Source: Deltaproteobacteria bacterium
GTDB taxonomy: Bacteria > Myxococcota_A > UBA9160 > JAJDAL01
Assembly (NCBI GenBank): GCA_029261875.1
Contig: JAJDAL010000034.1
Coordinates: 85,066-149,065 of the forward strand
Reading direction: 5' to 3'
Length of the DNA: 64,000 nt
The translations under genes were made by a program, and so were the position numbers. Positions 42,492 through 52,878 of this stretch are shown piece after piece (within the stretch, counting starts at the first letter, position 1; every line of letters starts with the position of its first letter). The notes below the pieces were generated by a model. The model saw only the letters and a program-made list of their open reading frames with translations, made no database searches and was not told the origin of the DNA.

Positions 42492-43607
42492 CTATTCGTA
42501 GGTCACTTGCTCGAGGCGCATGTTCTTGAACGCGACCCCCAGATGGGCGTCCGCCGGGGCGGGTTCCAGGGACACGTGAATTTCGTTGTGAAGCACGAAC
42601 TCGACGATCGCGTAGTCCGCCGGGTTCGTCGACAATTCGGCTCCGGCTTCCACCGCGTCGAGCAGCGCTAGCTGTAGCTGCTCATAGGTCATGGTGACTT
42701 CGAAGTGCCGATCACCGGATCCCACGTATTTACTCGCGCGAGCCGATACCGCGTCGTCGAAGGTGACGTAATTCATGCCCGGCAGGAAGCTCGTCGCGAT
42801 GATGGCCTTGTCGCAGGCGTGATCCGGGCAATCCTGCGTCATCCCGTTGAAGCCTTCGGTGAGCTGATAACCGTCGAAGCCCTGAAATCCCCGCGCGTCG
42901 TAGGTTTGGGTGACCAACCAAATCCGTTTGCCCGGGAGTCCCGAGGTACGGTCCCAGAGCTGGGGTGAAACGCCGGAGTACGGAATGAAGCGACGCGTCG
43001 CGTTCTGAACGAACCCCGACATCGAATAGATGCGCTGGTCCACGGAATAGGCCAGCCCCTGGCCGGGTTCGGACCAAACGTCCTCGATCGGTTTCTTGAA
43101 CGCGATCCCGGCTCCAGCCCACGATTGGGCGCCAAGCGGAAAGTCGCCGGTACTGGGCACGTTGAGAACGCCGACGTATTCCCGGTACATCTGCACCGCA
43201 CTCGAGAACTCCGCTTCGCTGATCGCCCGCTCCGCGCGCTTGCGGAATTTCGGGTGATAGATTTCGATCCCGGTGAAATCCGAGAGATCCCAGGCCAGGC
43301 GCTTGCCGAGCTTTCGCCCCTTCACCGGAGCGGGCCAGATCGCGGTATTGAACTTGCCGCGATATCGGCGCTGGGAGCGCAACAGTTTTCGCTCGTCGAA
43401 CGGGACGCTGTCGAATCCCCGATCCACGTTCGTCTGGACGCGGCCCCCCGCTGACTTCGAGAAGGGTTGCTCCCAGAGCAGGCTTCGCCCGGTTTCCTCG
43501 ATCCCCGACGCCGGGAACGCGAGTCCAACCAACAGAAAACCCGAACCGGCCAGGCTCTTGAACCAACTCTTGCAGCGCATCATTCGAGGCGTCTCCTTCG
43601 TCCACAT
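42492..43607 (-). CDS. Hypothetical secreted protein
   Basis: Leader KSLAGSGFLLVGLAFPASG. 371 aa of globular composition. No family recognised. Confidence 0.65.
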   Translation of the reverse strand: MWTKETPRMMRCKSWFKSLAGSGFLLVGLAFPASGIEETGRSLLWEQPFSKSAGGRVQTNVDRGFDSVPFDERKLLRSQRRYRGKFNTAIWPAPVKGRKLGKRLAWDLSDFTGIEIYHPKFRKRAERAISEAEFSSAVQMYREYVGVLNVPSTGDFPLGAQSWAGAGIAFKKPIEDVWSEPGQGLAYSVDQRIYSMSGFVQNATRRFIPYSGVSPQLWDRTSGLPGKRIWLVTQTYDARGFQGFDGYQLTEGFNGMTQDCPDHACDKAIIATSFLPGMNYVTFDDAVSARASKYVGSGDRHFEVTMTYEQLQLALLDAVEAGAELSTNPADYAIVEFVLHNEIHVSLEPAPADAHLGVAFKNMRLEQVTYE

Positions 43608-43778
43608 GGGGGATGCCCCCTATCAATAGGTGCCCGCGCGACGCGATGCGGTTCGAGACTCGAGAAGAATGGACGATTGCGTCGATCGCTGTCACGGCCG
43701 ACGCACGATGAAAGACACCCCTTTTCCGGATCCTGTGGCAGAATCCGTCCGCACCGGACAGGGAGGGCTACGCGTTCC

Positions 43779-44792
43779 ATGACACTCTTCTTGATCGCAT
43801 TGGGCTGCACGGCCACCTGGTGGGCCTGGCAGAGCACGCGCCGCAAGCGCCACTCCGTAACCCCCGGGCTGCACGAAGAAATCGAACTACCCCACGAACA
43901 GGAATTCGAGCTCTATCACAACGTCTTGTCCCTGTGTTCCATGAAGACGCGGTTGTGTCTCGCGGAGCTGCAACTCCCCTACAAGAGCCACCACATCGAT
44001 CTGATCGAAACGGGCGTCTACGAGAACATCCGCCCCCGACTGCTGAAGGTGAATCCCGCGGGCACCGTACCGGTGCTCGTCCATCGCGGGCATCCCATCT
44101 ACGAATCCCACGAACAGATCCGCTACGCCGCAGAGCACGCTCCCGAGACCAGCCCCAAGCTGGTTCCCGACGACCCGGGGCTGCGGACGCAAATGCAAAA
44201 GTGGGTCGACCTCTCGTCCATCACCGAAGATCCGCTCGAACATGGAGACCGGAGCGCCGGAAACGCGGTCCCGGCACTCACGGTTCCGCTGTTCGCGACC
44301 ATGCTCGAAAAAATCGCATATTGGAAGATCGTCGAAGGCCTGCTGTTCCACTTCGACCGGCGCCGACCCCTGGCCTTTCTCGGACTGAAGGCCCGCGGGA
44401 TCGAGAAATTCGCGTCCCTCAAACCCGCGCTGCGAATCGTCGCCCGCGGCCGCGACCAGCTCGCCGTACACATGGACGCCCTCGAGAAACAGCTCACGCG
44501 CAGCGGCGGCCCCTGGATTCTCGGAGCCGAGTTGACGCTGGCGGACGTGGGCTGGCTCGTCATCCTCGAACGATTCCGACAGGCGGATTGCCTGCAGGTC
44601 TTCATCGGGAAGGGGCTGCGTCCCGCGTGCGCCGGTTATTGGGAGCGTTGGCAAAAACGGCCCAGTTATCACGACGCCATCCTCGGCCACCCCCACCCGA
44701 TCATCGACTACGGAACCCGACGCTTGCAGGAGACCAAGGCGGCCGACCCCGCGCTTCGCGAAGCCCTCGAAGGCGCCCCGCGATCCGCCTGA
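43779..44792 (+). CDS. Glutathione S-transferase-family protein with an N-terminal TM helix
   Basis: The thioredoxin-like N-domain ELYHNVLSLCSMKTRLCLAELQLPYKSHHIDL..VNPAGTVPVLVHRGHPIYESHEQIRY is followed by the C-domain LTLADVGWLVILERF. Confidence 0.8.
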   Translation: MTLFLIALGCTATWWAWQSTRRKRHSVTPGLHEEIELPHEQEFELYHNVLSLCSMKTRLCLAELQLPYKSHHIDLIETGVYENIRPRLLKVNPAGTVPVLVHRGHPIYESHEQIRYAAEHAPETSPKLVPDDPGLRTQMQKWVDLSSITEDPLEHGDRSAGNAVPALTVPLFATMLEKIAYWKIVEGLLFHFDRRRPLAFLGLKARGIEKFASLKPALRIVARGRDQLAVHMDALEKQLTRSGGPWILGAELTLADVGWLVILERFRQADCLQVFIGKGLRPACAGYWERWQKRPSYHDAILGHPHPIIDYGTRRLQETKAADPALREALEGAPRSA

Positions 44793-45300
44793 ATTGCGGG
44801 GGCGTCCAGCGCGACTCGGCTGCCCCGAAACGGACCGTCAGCGGCAACCGGGCCCGTCGCATTCGAGCGGAAAGGTGAGGCAGCGCGGCCCCTACGTATC
44901 CCGAATTGAGCGTGCCGATCGGCGAATCCTCGCCCTCGAAGGGCACCACCTGCTCGGGCGTCAGATGGGCGAAAAGGAATCCGCGACTGCACCGCGCGGA
45001 ACACACAGGAGCAACACGGATGCGAGCAGATCGAATCCGCGCCCATCGAAGCGCAACAATCCCACCCTTCCCTGACGGAAGACTAGCGGCACACCGGCAA
45101 TCAGCCGACCGTGCGCCGCCATCACGCCCGAGCGGAGTGCTCCCTCTACTTCGAATCCCCTACGCCCTCGAACTCGCGGCAGCGGAGTTCTCGCCCTACG
45201 CGAAGCCCTAGAGGCCACGAAAGCCGCGCTGGAGGACGCCTGAGAATGGATCAGAATTGTTGAATTGCGTAGCGAGGGCCCAGGGTGAGATGATTCCGCC

Positions 45301-46446
45301 GTGCACCCGGCATTGAAACTCGCTCTCGTGTTCGCTGCGTTGATCTCCATCGGCGGGTCCTGCGATCGCCCTTCGGTCCTCGTCGTTGGCCTCGATGGAG
45401 CGGATTGGCGCGTCATCGACCCGCTGATCGACGCCGGCTACCTCCCCACGCTTCGCGGGCTGGTGATTTCCGGAGCACGCGCGGATCTGTCCTGCGTCGA
45501 GGCCCATCCCGCGTCCGCGTGTTTCTGTCCACCGGTGTGGACTTCCATCGCCACGGGCCAGCCGTTGTCCGTACACGGTATCGGGGGCTTCGGGGCCCCG
45601 AGTACGGCGCGAAAGGCACCGGCGATCTGGGAAGTCCTGGGCACCGCGCGCGCGCAGAAAAGCAACACGCTGATCTCCTATCGCAATACCTGGCCTCCCG
45701 AAGACGTCGCGACCTTCGTCGCGACGGAGCCGGGCCTTCAAGCGCTGACGCTCACCCATTTTCAACCCGGTCCGCCGCCCACCCATCCGGGTATTCCGGA
45801 CGTCGGGACCCACGCGAAACCCGTCCACCTGTTCCGGCGCGCAGGACTCCTTCACCACTCTGGGCCCAGGCCGATTGTCTTCCAGTCCGCGGCACAGGAT
45901 CGCTTTGCCTTCGACGTTTTGAACTGGACCCCGAAGTCGAAACTCACAATGATCCTGCTCCACTCGCCGGACAAGAGTGAGCACTTGACGTGGTGCTCGA
46001 TCCAATCCACACCGGGTGGCCCCATCGACGAAGGCGCCCTGCTCGCACAGGCTGCGGCGTGGGCGGGCCCCATCGAGGGAACCGACTTCGGCACGGTCGC
46101 AAGCCAATACCTCGAAATGGACCACTTGCTCGGCCTGCATCTCGCTGCGCGGAGCTACGACACCATCTTCCTCGTTTCGGACCACGGGATGGACGTTGGC
46201 GGATTCTGTGGTGCCCACGGCGTCTTGAATCCCGCGGCGCACACGGGCGTGTTTCTGGTTTCGGGAGAGGGCGTCGCCGCGGACACGTCGATCGGACGGG
46301 CGACCGTCCTCGACGTGGCCCCCACCCTCGCCTATGCGCTTCGACTTCCCGTAGCCCAGGATCTTCCGGGCCGCGTATTGATCGAGGGGTTCACCGCCGA
46401 TCACCAATCCAATCGCCCGATCCACACGGTCCCCAGCTGGGACTGA
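45301..46446 (+). CDS. Alkaline-phosphatase-superfamily (nucleotide pyrophosphatase/phosphodiesterase-type) lipoprotein
   Basis: GTG start. Lipobox LISIGGSC. VLVVGLDGADWRVIDPLIDAGYLPTL and FLVSDHGMD. Confidence 0.8.
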   Translation: MHPALKLALVFAALISIGGSCDRPSVLVVGLDGADWRVIDPLIDAGYLPTLRGLVISGARADLSCVEAHPASACFCPPVWTSIATGQPLSVHGIGGFGAPSTARKAPAIWEVLGTARAQKSNTLISYRNTWPPEDVATFVATEPGLQALTLTHFQPGPPPTHPGIPDVGTHAKPVHLFRRAGLLHHSGPRPIVFQSAAQDRFAFDVLNWTPKSKLTMILLHSPDKSEHLTWCSIQSTPGGPIDEGALLAQAAAWAGPIEGTDFGTVASQYLEMDHLLGLHLAARSYDTIFLVSDHGMDVGGFCGAHGVLNPAAHTGVFLVSGEGVAADTSIGRATVLDVAPTLAYALRLPVAQDLPGRVLIEGFTADHQSNRPIHTVPSWD

Positions 46447-46641
46447 CCCGCGTGGAAACGCGCGCTGGCTGTCGCCAATGAAACGGGGCTCACGAAGGGA
46501 TTCAGCGCATCCGGTTAAACTTCCAGCGCCCATGGGGTAAACCCCCTAGTCAATCGCGTGCAACCGACGTGCGGAGGTCGAGGCCAGGTCCGCGAGTGAC
46601 GGCGTTAAAGCCCCGCGCGCATCGATCCGAAATCGCAAACG

Positions 46642-47460
46642 ATGAGGAGTGATCCGAGCCAAACGACCGTCGCGTCCTATTCTCGCTGTGCCGCGCACTA
46701 CGAGGACGCCGAGAATCGCGATTTCCTGTACGGCGACGTCACTCGAGAGTTCTTGACCGGAATCGAACTCCATCCCCGAGACGAACAGATCGTCGATCTC
46801 GGTTGCGGAACGGGCTTCGGCTTCGAGGTGCTCCGACACGCGATGGTCCCTTCCGCACGCGGTCTCGGAATCGAGCCGTCCGAGGGCATGATCGAGGTCG
46901 CCCGCCACAAGTTTCGCGACGACCCCCGTTTCGACTTTCGACTCGGTTCCTTCGAGTCGATCCCCGTGGACTCCGGATCCGTCGATCGAATCATCTCCAC
47001 CCTGGCCCTGCATTGGGTCCCTTCCATCGAAGTCGCCGCGGCAGAAGTGCGGCGCGTGCTCAAACCGACGGGGGGGCTCGATATTCTGATGGTGTCGCGC
47101 CGCGACGGGGAGCAATTCAAGAAGGCGGTGCTCCGGGCGCTGCAGCGGCATCTCGGCTTCGGCCAGATCATGCGCGCGACCGCGTTGGTTCAGCGTCTGA
47201 TGCCCAAGGACATCGAGAAGGCGTTCGCGGTCTTCGAATCCGATTTTCAGCTGGAGGTCGAGGAGTTTCGCCGAACGTTCTTCGGCGACTTCCAACAACA
47301 CCTGACCTGGTGGCGCGCACGTTCCGCCGCCATCATCGCCGAGGTCCAGGACCGCGCCGCTTTTCTGTGCGACCTCCAAGAGGAATTGGAGAAACTCTCC
47401 ACCGACCGCGGCATCCCCTTCGATGCCAGCTTTCTGAGGATACGTGCCCATGCCCGTTGA
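46642..47460 (+). CDS. Class I SAM-dependent methyltransferase
   Basis: Motif I IVDLGCGTGFGFEVL, VDRIISTLALHWV and LKPTGGL. Confidence 0.85.
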   Translation: MRSDPSQTTVASYSRCAAHYEDAENRDFLYGDVTREFLTGIELHPRDEQIVDLGCGTGFGFEVLRHAMVPSARGLGIEPSEGMIEVARHKFRDDPRFDFRLGSFESIPVDSGSVDRIISTLALHWVPSIEVAAAEVRRVLKPTGGLDILMVSRRDGEQFKKAVLRALQRHLGFGQIMRATALVQRLMPKDIEKAFAVFESDFQLEVEEFRRTFFGDFQQHLTWWRARSAAIIAEVQDRAAFLCDLQEELEKLSTDRGIPFDASFLRIRAHAR

Positions 47461-47701
47461 ACTGACCCGCGAAGCACTCATCGAACGATTCACGGGCCTG
47501 ATCGAGGAACAGAAAGTGGGCTTCACCCTGACGGACCCCAGTGCCCCCCTCGACCTCGACTCGTTCACCATGATGTTGATTCTCACCGCCGCGAGCGAGA
47601 TGTCCGTCGATCTCGACATGGAACATCTCGACTTCGATGATTTCTATTCCCTGGATGTGTTGGTCGACAAGGTTCTCGCCGAGGCGAAGACCGCCATCTA
47701 G
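47450..47701 (+). CDS. Acyl/peptidyl carrier protein-like (DltC-like)
   Basis: About 83 aa and acidic. LDLDSFTMMLILTAASEM fits the carrier-protein D-S-(L/F) phosphopantetheine site. Overlaps the methyltransferase 3' end and lies 2 nt before the MBOAT gene. Confidence 0.65.
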   Translation: MPVELTREALIERFTGLIEEQKVGFTLTDPSAPLDLDSFTMMLILTAASEMSVDLDMEHLDFDDFYSLDVLVDKVLAEAKTAI

Positions 47702-47703
47702 AC

Positions 47704-49134
47704 ATGCTGTTTCATTCGCTTCAGTTCGCGGTCTTCTTTGCGCTCGTCTACGCGCTGTACCGCATTCTCCCGCACCGCGCGCAGAATCGACTGCTGCTAC
47801 TCGCCAGCTACTTCTTCTACGGGAGCTGGAATTGGCGCTACCTGGCCCTGATCCTGCTTTCCACGGCCGTGGATTACGGCTGCGGCCGGGGCATTGCCGC
47901 GGCCGGCGCCCCGCGTCGACGAAGCGGGCTGCTCGCAATCAGCATCGCGACCAACCTCGCGATTCTCGGCACCTTCAAGTACTACGACTTCTTCGCCGAG
48001 AGCTTCGCGGACCTCGTGGGAAATTTCGGATTCGCCAGCGAGCCCTACTTCCTGAACCTGGCACTTCCCGTCGGCATCTCGTTCTACACCTTCCAAAGCA
48101 TGAGCTACTCCATCGACGTCTATCGCCGAAAGCTCGCCCCGGCGCGAAACTTCTGGGACTTCGCCCTGTTCGTGGCGTTCTTTCCACAACTGATCGCCGG
48201 CCCCATCGAGCGCGGAACGCGGCTCTTGCGGCAGATCGTGGAACCGCGAAACATCGAGCGGGAAAACGTCTTGAAGGGGGCGTACCTGTTTGGTTGGGGT
48301 TTTGTCCTCAAAGTCGTGTTTGCGGACAATCTCGCGCTGGTGGTCGACCCGATCTTCGCCGCGCCCCCCCCTTACGGGTCCCTCGACGTACTCCTGGGCG
48401 TCTACGCCTTCAGCCTTCAGATCTTCTGCGACTTCGCGGGCTATTCCTGCATGGCGATCGGAATCGCCCGCAGCATGGGGATCGAACTCATGGAGAATTT
48501 CCGCCGCCCCTACCTGGCGCCGAACATCGCGGAGTTCTGGCGCCGCTGGCACATTTCGCTTTCGAGCTGGTTTCGCGACTACGTCTTCTCGCCGCTTTTC
48601 CTCGCTCTCAAGAATCGCCGGGGCGTCCGTTCCCTCCCCCTCGCCTGGCGCCACGGGGTCAGCTTCGCCATCACGCTGATCGTTGCCGAGTTCCTGTTGG
48701 GAATGTGGCACGGCGCCGGTTGGAACTACGGCCTGTTCGGTCTCTACCACGCGGGTGCGATCTGGGGCTACTACTACACGCGTCGCGGGTGGGATCGAAT
48801 GCCCCGCTCGATTCAGATCGTGTTGAATTTCCATCTCGTTTGCGGCGGCTGGTTGCTGTTCCGGTCCGAATCACTCCCTCAAGCCGCCGCGATGTTCGCA
48901 GGCTTGCTCTCGGCACCGCTGCCTTCCCCCCCTTCCGTGGCGGCGCTTTCGATTCTGTTGTGCTGTGGGATCGCGATCTTTTCAGTCGAACGGATGCAAG
49001 AAAAGCAGCAACAGGGGCTTTGGCTGTTTCGCTGGCCTTCGCCCGTGCGCTACGCCCTGGTGGTGTTCGCCAGTTGCCTCGTTCTGGCCTTTGGCGAATT
49101 CGGAAATCGGCCGTTCATCTACTTTCAGTTCTGA
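47704..49134 (+). CDS. MBOAT-family membrane O-acyltransferase (AlgI/DltB-like)
   Basis: LLLASYFFYGSWNWRY, ISFYTFQSMSYSIDVYRRK, FFPQLIAGPIERG, FCDFAGYS and NIAEFWRRWHISLSSWFRDYVF. Confidence 0.92.
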   Translation: MLFHSLQFAVFFALVYALYRILPHRAQNRLLLLASYFFYGSWNWRYLALILLSTAVDYGCGRGIAAAGAPRRRSGLLAISIATNLAILGTFKYYDFFAESFADLVGNFGFASEPYFLNLALPVGISFYTFQSMSYSIDVYRRKLAPARNFWDFALFVAFFPQLIAGPIERGTRLLRQIVEPRNIERENVLKGAYLFGWGFVLKVVFADNLALVVDPIFAAPPPYGSLDVLLGVYAFSLQIFCDFAGYSCMAIGIARSMGIELMENFRRPYLAPNIAEFWRRWHISLSSWFRDYVFSPLFLALKNRRGVRSLPLAWRHGVSFAITLIVAEFLLGMWHGAGWNYGLFGLYHAGAIWGYYYTRRGWDRMPRSIQIVLNFHLVCGGWLLFRSESLPQAAAMFAGLLSAPLPSPPSVAALSILLCCGIAIFSVERMQEKQQQGLWLFRWPSPVRYALVVFASCLVLAFGEFGNRPFIYFQF

Positions 49135-50228
49135 TACGCGGACTGGGGCGCTTCGGCCCGGGCGCTGAGACGGGCGGTCAAGGCCTCCGCCATCTTGCGA
49201 TGACCGAGCCGATTGGGGTGCCAATCGTCGGGTAACAGAAAGTGGCTCGCCAGATCGAATTCCGTCTCCGGGAGATCCAGTTCCAACACACGCACGTCGT
49301 GGCGCTCGAGTTCGCGTCGCAGCGCCTGCTTCGTGCGTTGATGGTGGGGATAGAAGGCGACGTAGAATTCCTCGGAGTCGAACTGCTCGCGGTAGAGATC
49401 CGCGATGGCGCGGATTTCCCGAGCGGCGAGACGCAACGTGTCGTCCCCCGTGAGGTCGACGGGAAAATTGTCCGCCATGCGTCGCAGGAGCCGACTCGAA
49501 TTGAGTCCGTCCAGGACCGCGAAGCGACGCGGCCACACATGCTTGAAGATACCGACGTACCGAAGCGCATCGTCGTCCTCCTCCCAGGCGTACATGGGGA
49601 GTAAACCGCGGGACCAGTGAAGCGCGTTGAGGGAACCCGCAACGATTTCCAGATGATCGTCGAGGTAGGTGTAGATCGCGATGCCGTGGGGTTCGGAGAT
49701 CTCCTCGCGAAGGTTGCGGATTTCGAACAGGCGAAGCAGATGGGATGGCCCGTAACCGACGCCGCCGTAGTTGTAGACCCGTGAGTTGGGCATCTTCGAC
49801 TGAACCACCGCAGGCATGCTCTCCTCGGCGCGAACCCCGTGCCCGAGCGTGAAAGACCCGCCCAGAAACATCAGATAGTTGTCGCGGACGCCCGTAGCCG
49901 GGTCGTTCGCATCCGGATCCACCCGGCGCCCGTAGGTATCGAATTCGTAGTCGACGTCGAAGACCACGCGACCGCCCGCAGCGAGGCGACGGTGGTCGAC
50001 ACGGCTCGCCGCGAAATTCCAGCCCAGGTTGCGGGTCCAGGTCGCGCGAAAGGAATGGGGCCGCGCCTCCGCCACCTCGAAGAACTGGCCTCCCATGAAC
50101 CGCTCGACTCCGGCCAGGACCCCTTCGACGGCCGCCAGCATGGGTAGCGCGAGCAAGGTTCCGAACGCCATGGAGCCCAGGCGCTTCCACGCCTTGCGGG
50201 GCTTCGAACGGCTTGCTTCGGATTGCAT
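49125..50228 (-). CDS. SGNH/GDSL-like protein (AlgJ/AlgX/DltD-like partner candidate)
   Basis: TM/leader AFGTLLALPMLAAV. FLGGSFTLGHGV resembles block I. The C-terminal DDWHPNRLGHRKMAEAL resembles SGNH block V (DxxH). Convergent with the MBOAT gene, with a 10-nt overlap. Confidence 0.65.
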   Translation of the reverse strand: MQSEASRSKPRKAWKRLGSMAFGTLLALPMLAAVEGVLAGVERFMGGQFFEVAEARPHSFRATWTRNLGWNFAASRVDHRRLAAGGRVVFDVDYEFDTYGRRVDPDANDPATGVRDNYLMFLGGSFTLGHGVRAEESMPAVVQSKMPNSRVYNYGGVGYGPSHLLRLFEIRNLREEISEPHGIAIYTYLDDHLEIVAGSLNALHWSRGLLPMYAWEEDDDALRYVGIFKHVWPRRFAVLDGLNSSRLLRRMADNFPVDLTGDDTLRLAAREIRAIADLYREQFDSEEFYVAFYPHHQRTKQALRRELERHDVRVLELDLPETEFDLASHFLLPDDWHPNRLGHRKMAEALTARLSARAEAPQSAYQN

Positions 50229-50509
50229 GGCGCTGGGTCTCGATTTCGCCGCCGGGGCGGTTATCACAGGATCGAAATCAAAACAGCAAGCTCCATGCCG
50301 GAGTCGGGCTCCGAGGCAAGCCATGCCCCAGGAGCGCTTTCCAGATTGCAACGCGGCGCTCCGGAGACATTCATTCTGAAATCGCTTCGATCGGGACTCG
50401 CTTGGGCGCAAATCGGCGGTGTGGCCGCCTTTCCCGCCCCGGCATCGACTAACCTCCGATTTCCGAACCGCCCTCGAGCTGACCCCAAAACCGGAGGAAG
50501 AGAGACAGC

Positions 50510-51151
50510 ATGCCCCGCCTACGACAGGTACCGAAGGATGAAGCCCACCCGACCGCACGGACTCTGTATCGAATGCTTTTTGGCGAGCGCGATCCCGTCA
50601 CGTCGCCGGGAACGGCAACGGGCACGCCCGGAGATTGGTGGACGGTATTCGCAGGTGTCCCGGATTGCTTCGACCACGCGGTCCAGGGCTTCGGGTTCTA
50701 TCGCAGCCCCAACCGGAAATTGGATCCCCAGTTGCGCGAACTCGCACAGACCCGCGCCGGCTATGCGCGCGGATCGCGCTTCGTCTTCTCCCAGCACTGC
50801 AAAGCCAGCCGCGACGTGGGCCTCGCCGAGGAGAAGGTCCAAGGCATTCCCGCCTGGTCGACCGCAACCTGCTACTCGCCGAAAGAGCGGGCCGTTCTCG
50901 CCTATACGGATTGCCTGGTGCTCGAGGGCGGAAGGGTTCCCGACGCCCTGTTCGAAGTCTTACGCCGGGACCTCGACGACACGGAAATCCTCGAGCTCAC
51001 CTACATCGCCAGCCTGTACGAGATGCACGCCACCATGTGCCGGGCCCTGCGATTGGAATTCGACGACGTCGACGACCCCATCACCGAAGTCCCGGCGCCC
51101 GAAGGAGCTTCCAGCGACGTCATGGCCGCCGTCGACCGCGTCCAGGAATAG
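50510..51151 (+). CDS. Carboxymuconolactone decarboxylase (AhpD-like) family protein
   Basis: RELAQTRAGYARGSRFVFSQHCKASRDVGL..SPKERAVLAYTDCLV fits the CMD pattern. Confidence 0.85.
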   Translation: MPRLRQVPKDEAHPTARTLYRMLFGERDPVTSPGTATGTPGDWWTVFAGVPDCFDHAVQGFGFYRSPNRKLDPQLRELAQTRAGYARGSRFVFSQHCKASRDVGLAEEKVQGIPAWSTATCYSPKERAVLAYTDCLVLEGGRVPDALFEVLRRDLDDTEILELTYIASLYEMHATMCRALRLEFDDVDDPITEVPAPEGASSDVMAAVDRVQE

Positions 51152-51195
51152 ACCGCGTAGGCATTTACGGGCACGTTTGAGCCCCCCGGAATCGA

Positions 51196-52878
51196 TTGAG
51201 CTGCACCCCAATTGGTGGGATAATTCCGGGCGTGTCGGACGCCGCACCCAGCGCCCCTGATCAAGACATCTCGGACCTCCGCGACGAAATCGAGCGACTT
51301 CGCGGCATCGAGGCGGTTTGCCAGCAGCTCGAGGAAAGCCTCCGCGACAGCGAGCGACGCTTCGAAGAGATTTCCGACCTCACGTCCGACATCTACTTTT
51401 CCTTCCTCGTTCACCCGGACGCCACCGTCACCGCCGAATGGCTCACCGGGGCGCTCACCCGGGTCACGGAATATTCCATCGCCGAACTTGCGGAGGTCGG
51501 TTGGACCCAACTCATCCATCCCGATGAAGTGGAACGGACGGCAAGCTGGTTCATGGCCCTGACCGAGGGCGACCATCGATCGTTCTTGCAGCGGATCATC
51601 AGCAAATCCGGCGAGGCGAAATGGATTCGCGCACACATTCGATTCGATCGGACCGAGGACGGAAACAACCTGCGCTGTTACGGCGCCGGACGCGACATCA
51701 GCAATCAGATTCGGGACGTCGAGGCGCGACGCCTGCTCGAAGCGCGAATGCAGGAAACCCAGCGCTTGGAAAGCCTCGAGTTGCTGGCCCGTGGCGTCGC
51801 CCACGATCTCAACAACCTCCTGACCACGATCCTCGGGAACACGCGTCTCCTCGACGACGGTTTGCCCGAGGGCACACCCGGGCGCGCGCGGTTGAATCGG
51901 GTGCAGAGTGCGGCCCATCACGCTTCCGATCTCGCAAATCAACTGCTCCGCTATTCCGGACAGAGCGACCTCGTGACCGACACGATCGACTTGACGCGCT
52001 TGATCGTGGAGATCCAGGACCTGCTCGAGTCCGCAGTTTCCAATCGAACGCGCGTCGACTACAGCTTCCCCTCCGACCCCGTGGAGATCGAAGGCGACCC
52101 GACTCAGGTTCGCCAGATCGCCGTCAACCTCGTTACCAACGCGTCCGAGGCCCTGGGACAAGGCGGTGGGCGCGTCCACGTTCGAACCGGCTGGGGAGCC
52201 CCCCCGGCCGATCATCTCGCCTACCGCGGTGCCCCCACCTTCGACCCGAACGCAATTCACGCGTACTTGGAAGTTTCGGATACCGGTTGCGGCATCCCTC
52301 CGGAAACCCGCAATCGCATTTTCGATCCGTTCTTCTCCACCAAACTTTCCGGACGCGGCTTGGGGTTGGCCGCGGTCCTGGGAATCGTTCGAAGTCATTC
52401 CGGTGCGATCGCGGTCACAAGCGATTCGGGCGCAGGAACGACGATTCGCGTCTTCTTCCCCGGCCTCGACACCCAGCACCTCACACCCGTACGCGCCTCG
52501 AGCGAGACCCGAACCCCGGGCACCATCCTCGTCGTAGAAGACGATGAAGCCACTGCGAAACGCGCGCGCGCCGCGTTGGAAGGCGCCGGCTTCGATGTGC
52601 TGGTCTCCCGCGCAGGCCCCCCGAGCGCGCAACTGGTTCGGGAAATGGCGACCAAGATCGATCTCGTCTTGTTCGACGCCTCGCTTCCCGACCTACCCGG
52701 CGGGGACACCTTCGCATTGGTCTCCCAGGTGCGCGCGGGGCCCCCCATCCTACTGGCAGCCACCTTCCAGGATCCTCCCCCTCACCTTCCGAAAGCCGAC
52801 GCCTATCTCGCCAAGCCGTATTCCTCCGAGGCCTTGTTGGCATTGGTTCGGCGTCTGCTGGTCGGAACCCGCGAATGA
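51196..52878 (+). CDS. Hybrid sensor histidine kinase (coiled coil/PAS, HisKA, HATPase_c, receiver)
   Basis: H-box LARGVAHDLNNLL. N/G boxes LVTNASEAL, DTGCGIPPE and GRGLGLAAV. Receiver ILVVEDDEA..DLVLFDASLPDL. TTG start; an alternative GTG lies at 51232. Confidence 0.9.
   Translation: MSCTPIGGIIPGVSDAAPSAPDQDISDLRDEIERLRGIEAVCQQLEESLRDSERRFEEISDLTSDIYFSFLVHPDATVTAEWLTGALTRVTEYSIAELAEVGWTQLIHPDEVERTASWFMALTEGDHRSFLQRIISKSGEAKWIRAHIRFDRTEDGNNLRCYGAGRDISNQIRDVEARRLLEARMQETQRLESLELLARGVAHDLNNLLTTILGNTRLLDDGLPEGTPGRARLNRVQSAAHHASDLANQLLRYSGQSDLVTDTIDLTRLIVEIQDLLESAVSNRTRVDYSFPSDPVEIEGDPTQVRQIAVNLVTNASEALGQGGGRVHVRTGWGAPPADHLAYRGAPTFDPNAIHAYLEVSDTGCGIPPETRNRIFDPFFSTKLSGRGLGLAAVLGIVRSHSGAIAVTSDSGAGTTIRVFFPGLDTQHLTPVRASSETRTPGTILVVEDDEATAKRARAALEGAGFDVLVSRAGPPSAQLVREMATKIDLVLFDASLPDLPGGDTFALVSQVRAGPPILLAATFQDPPPHLPKADAYLAKPYSSEALLALVRRLLVGTRE

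Noticed and set aside
44793-45300. Possible decayed gene in the ~500-nt gap. Minus-strand fragments such as GVPLVFRQGRVGLLRFDG and FLFAHLTPEQVVPFEGEDSPIGTLNSGYV lie in two frames.
   Set aside because: The fragments are short and interrupted, and I could not assign them to any family. They are left unannotated.
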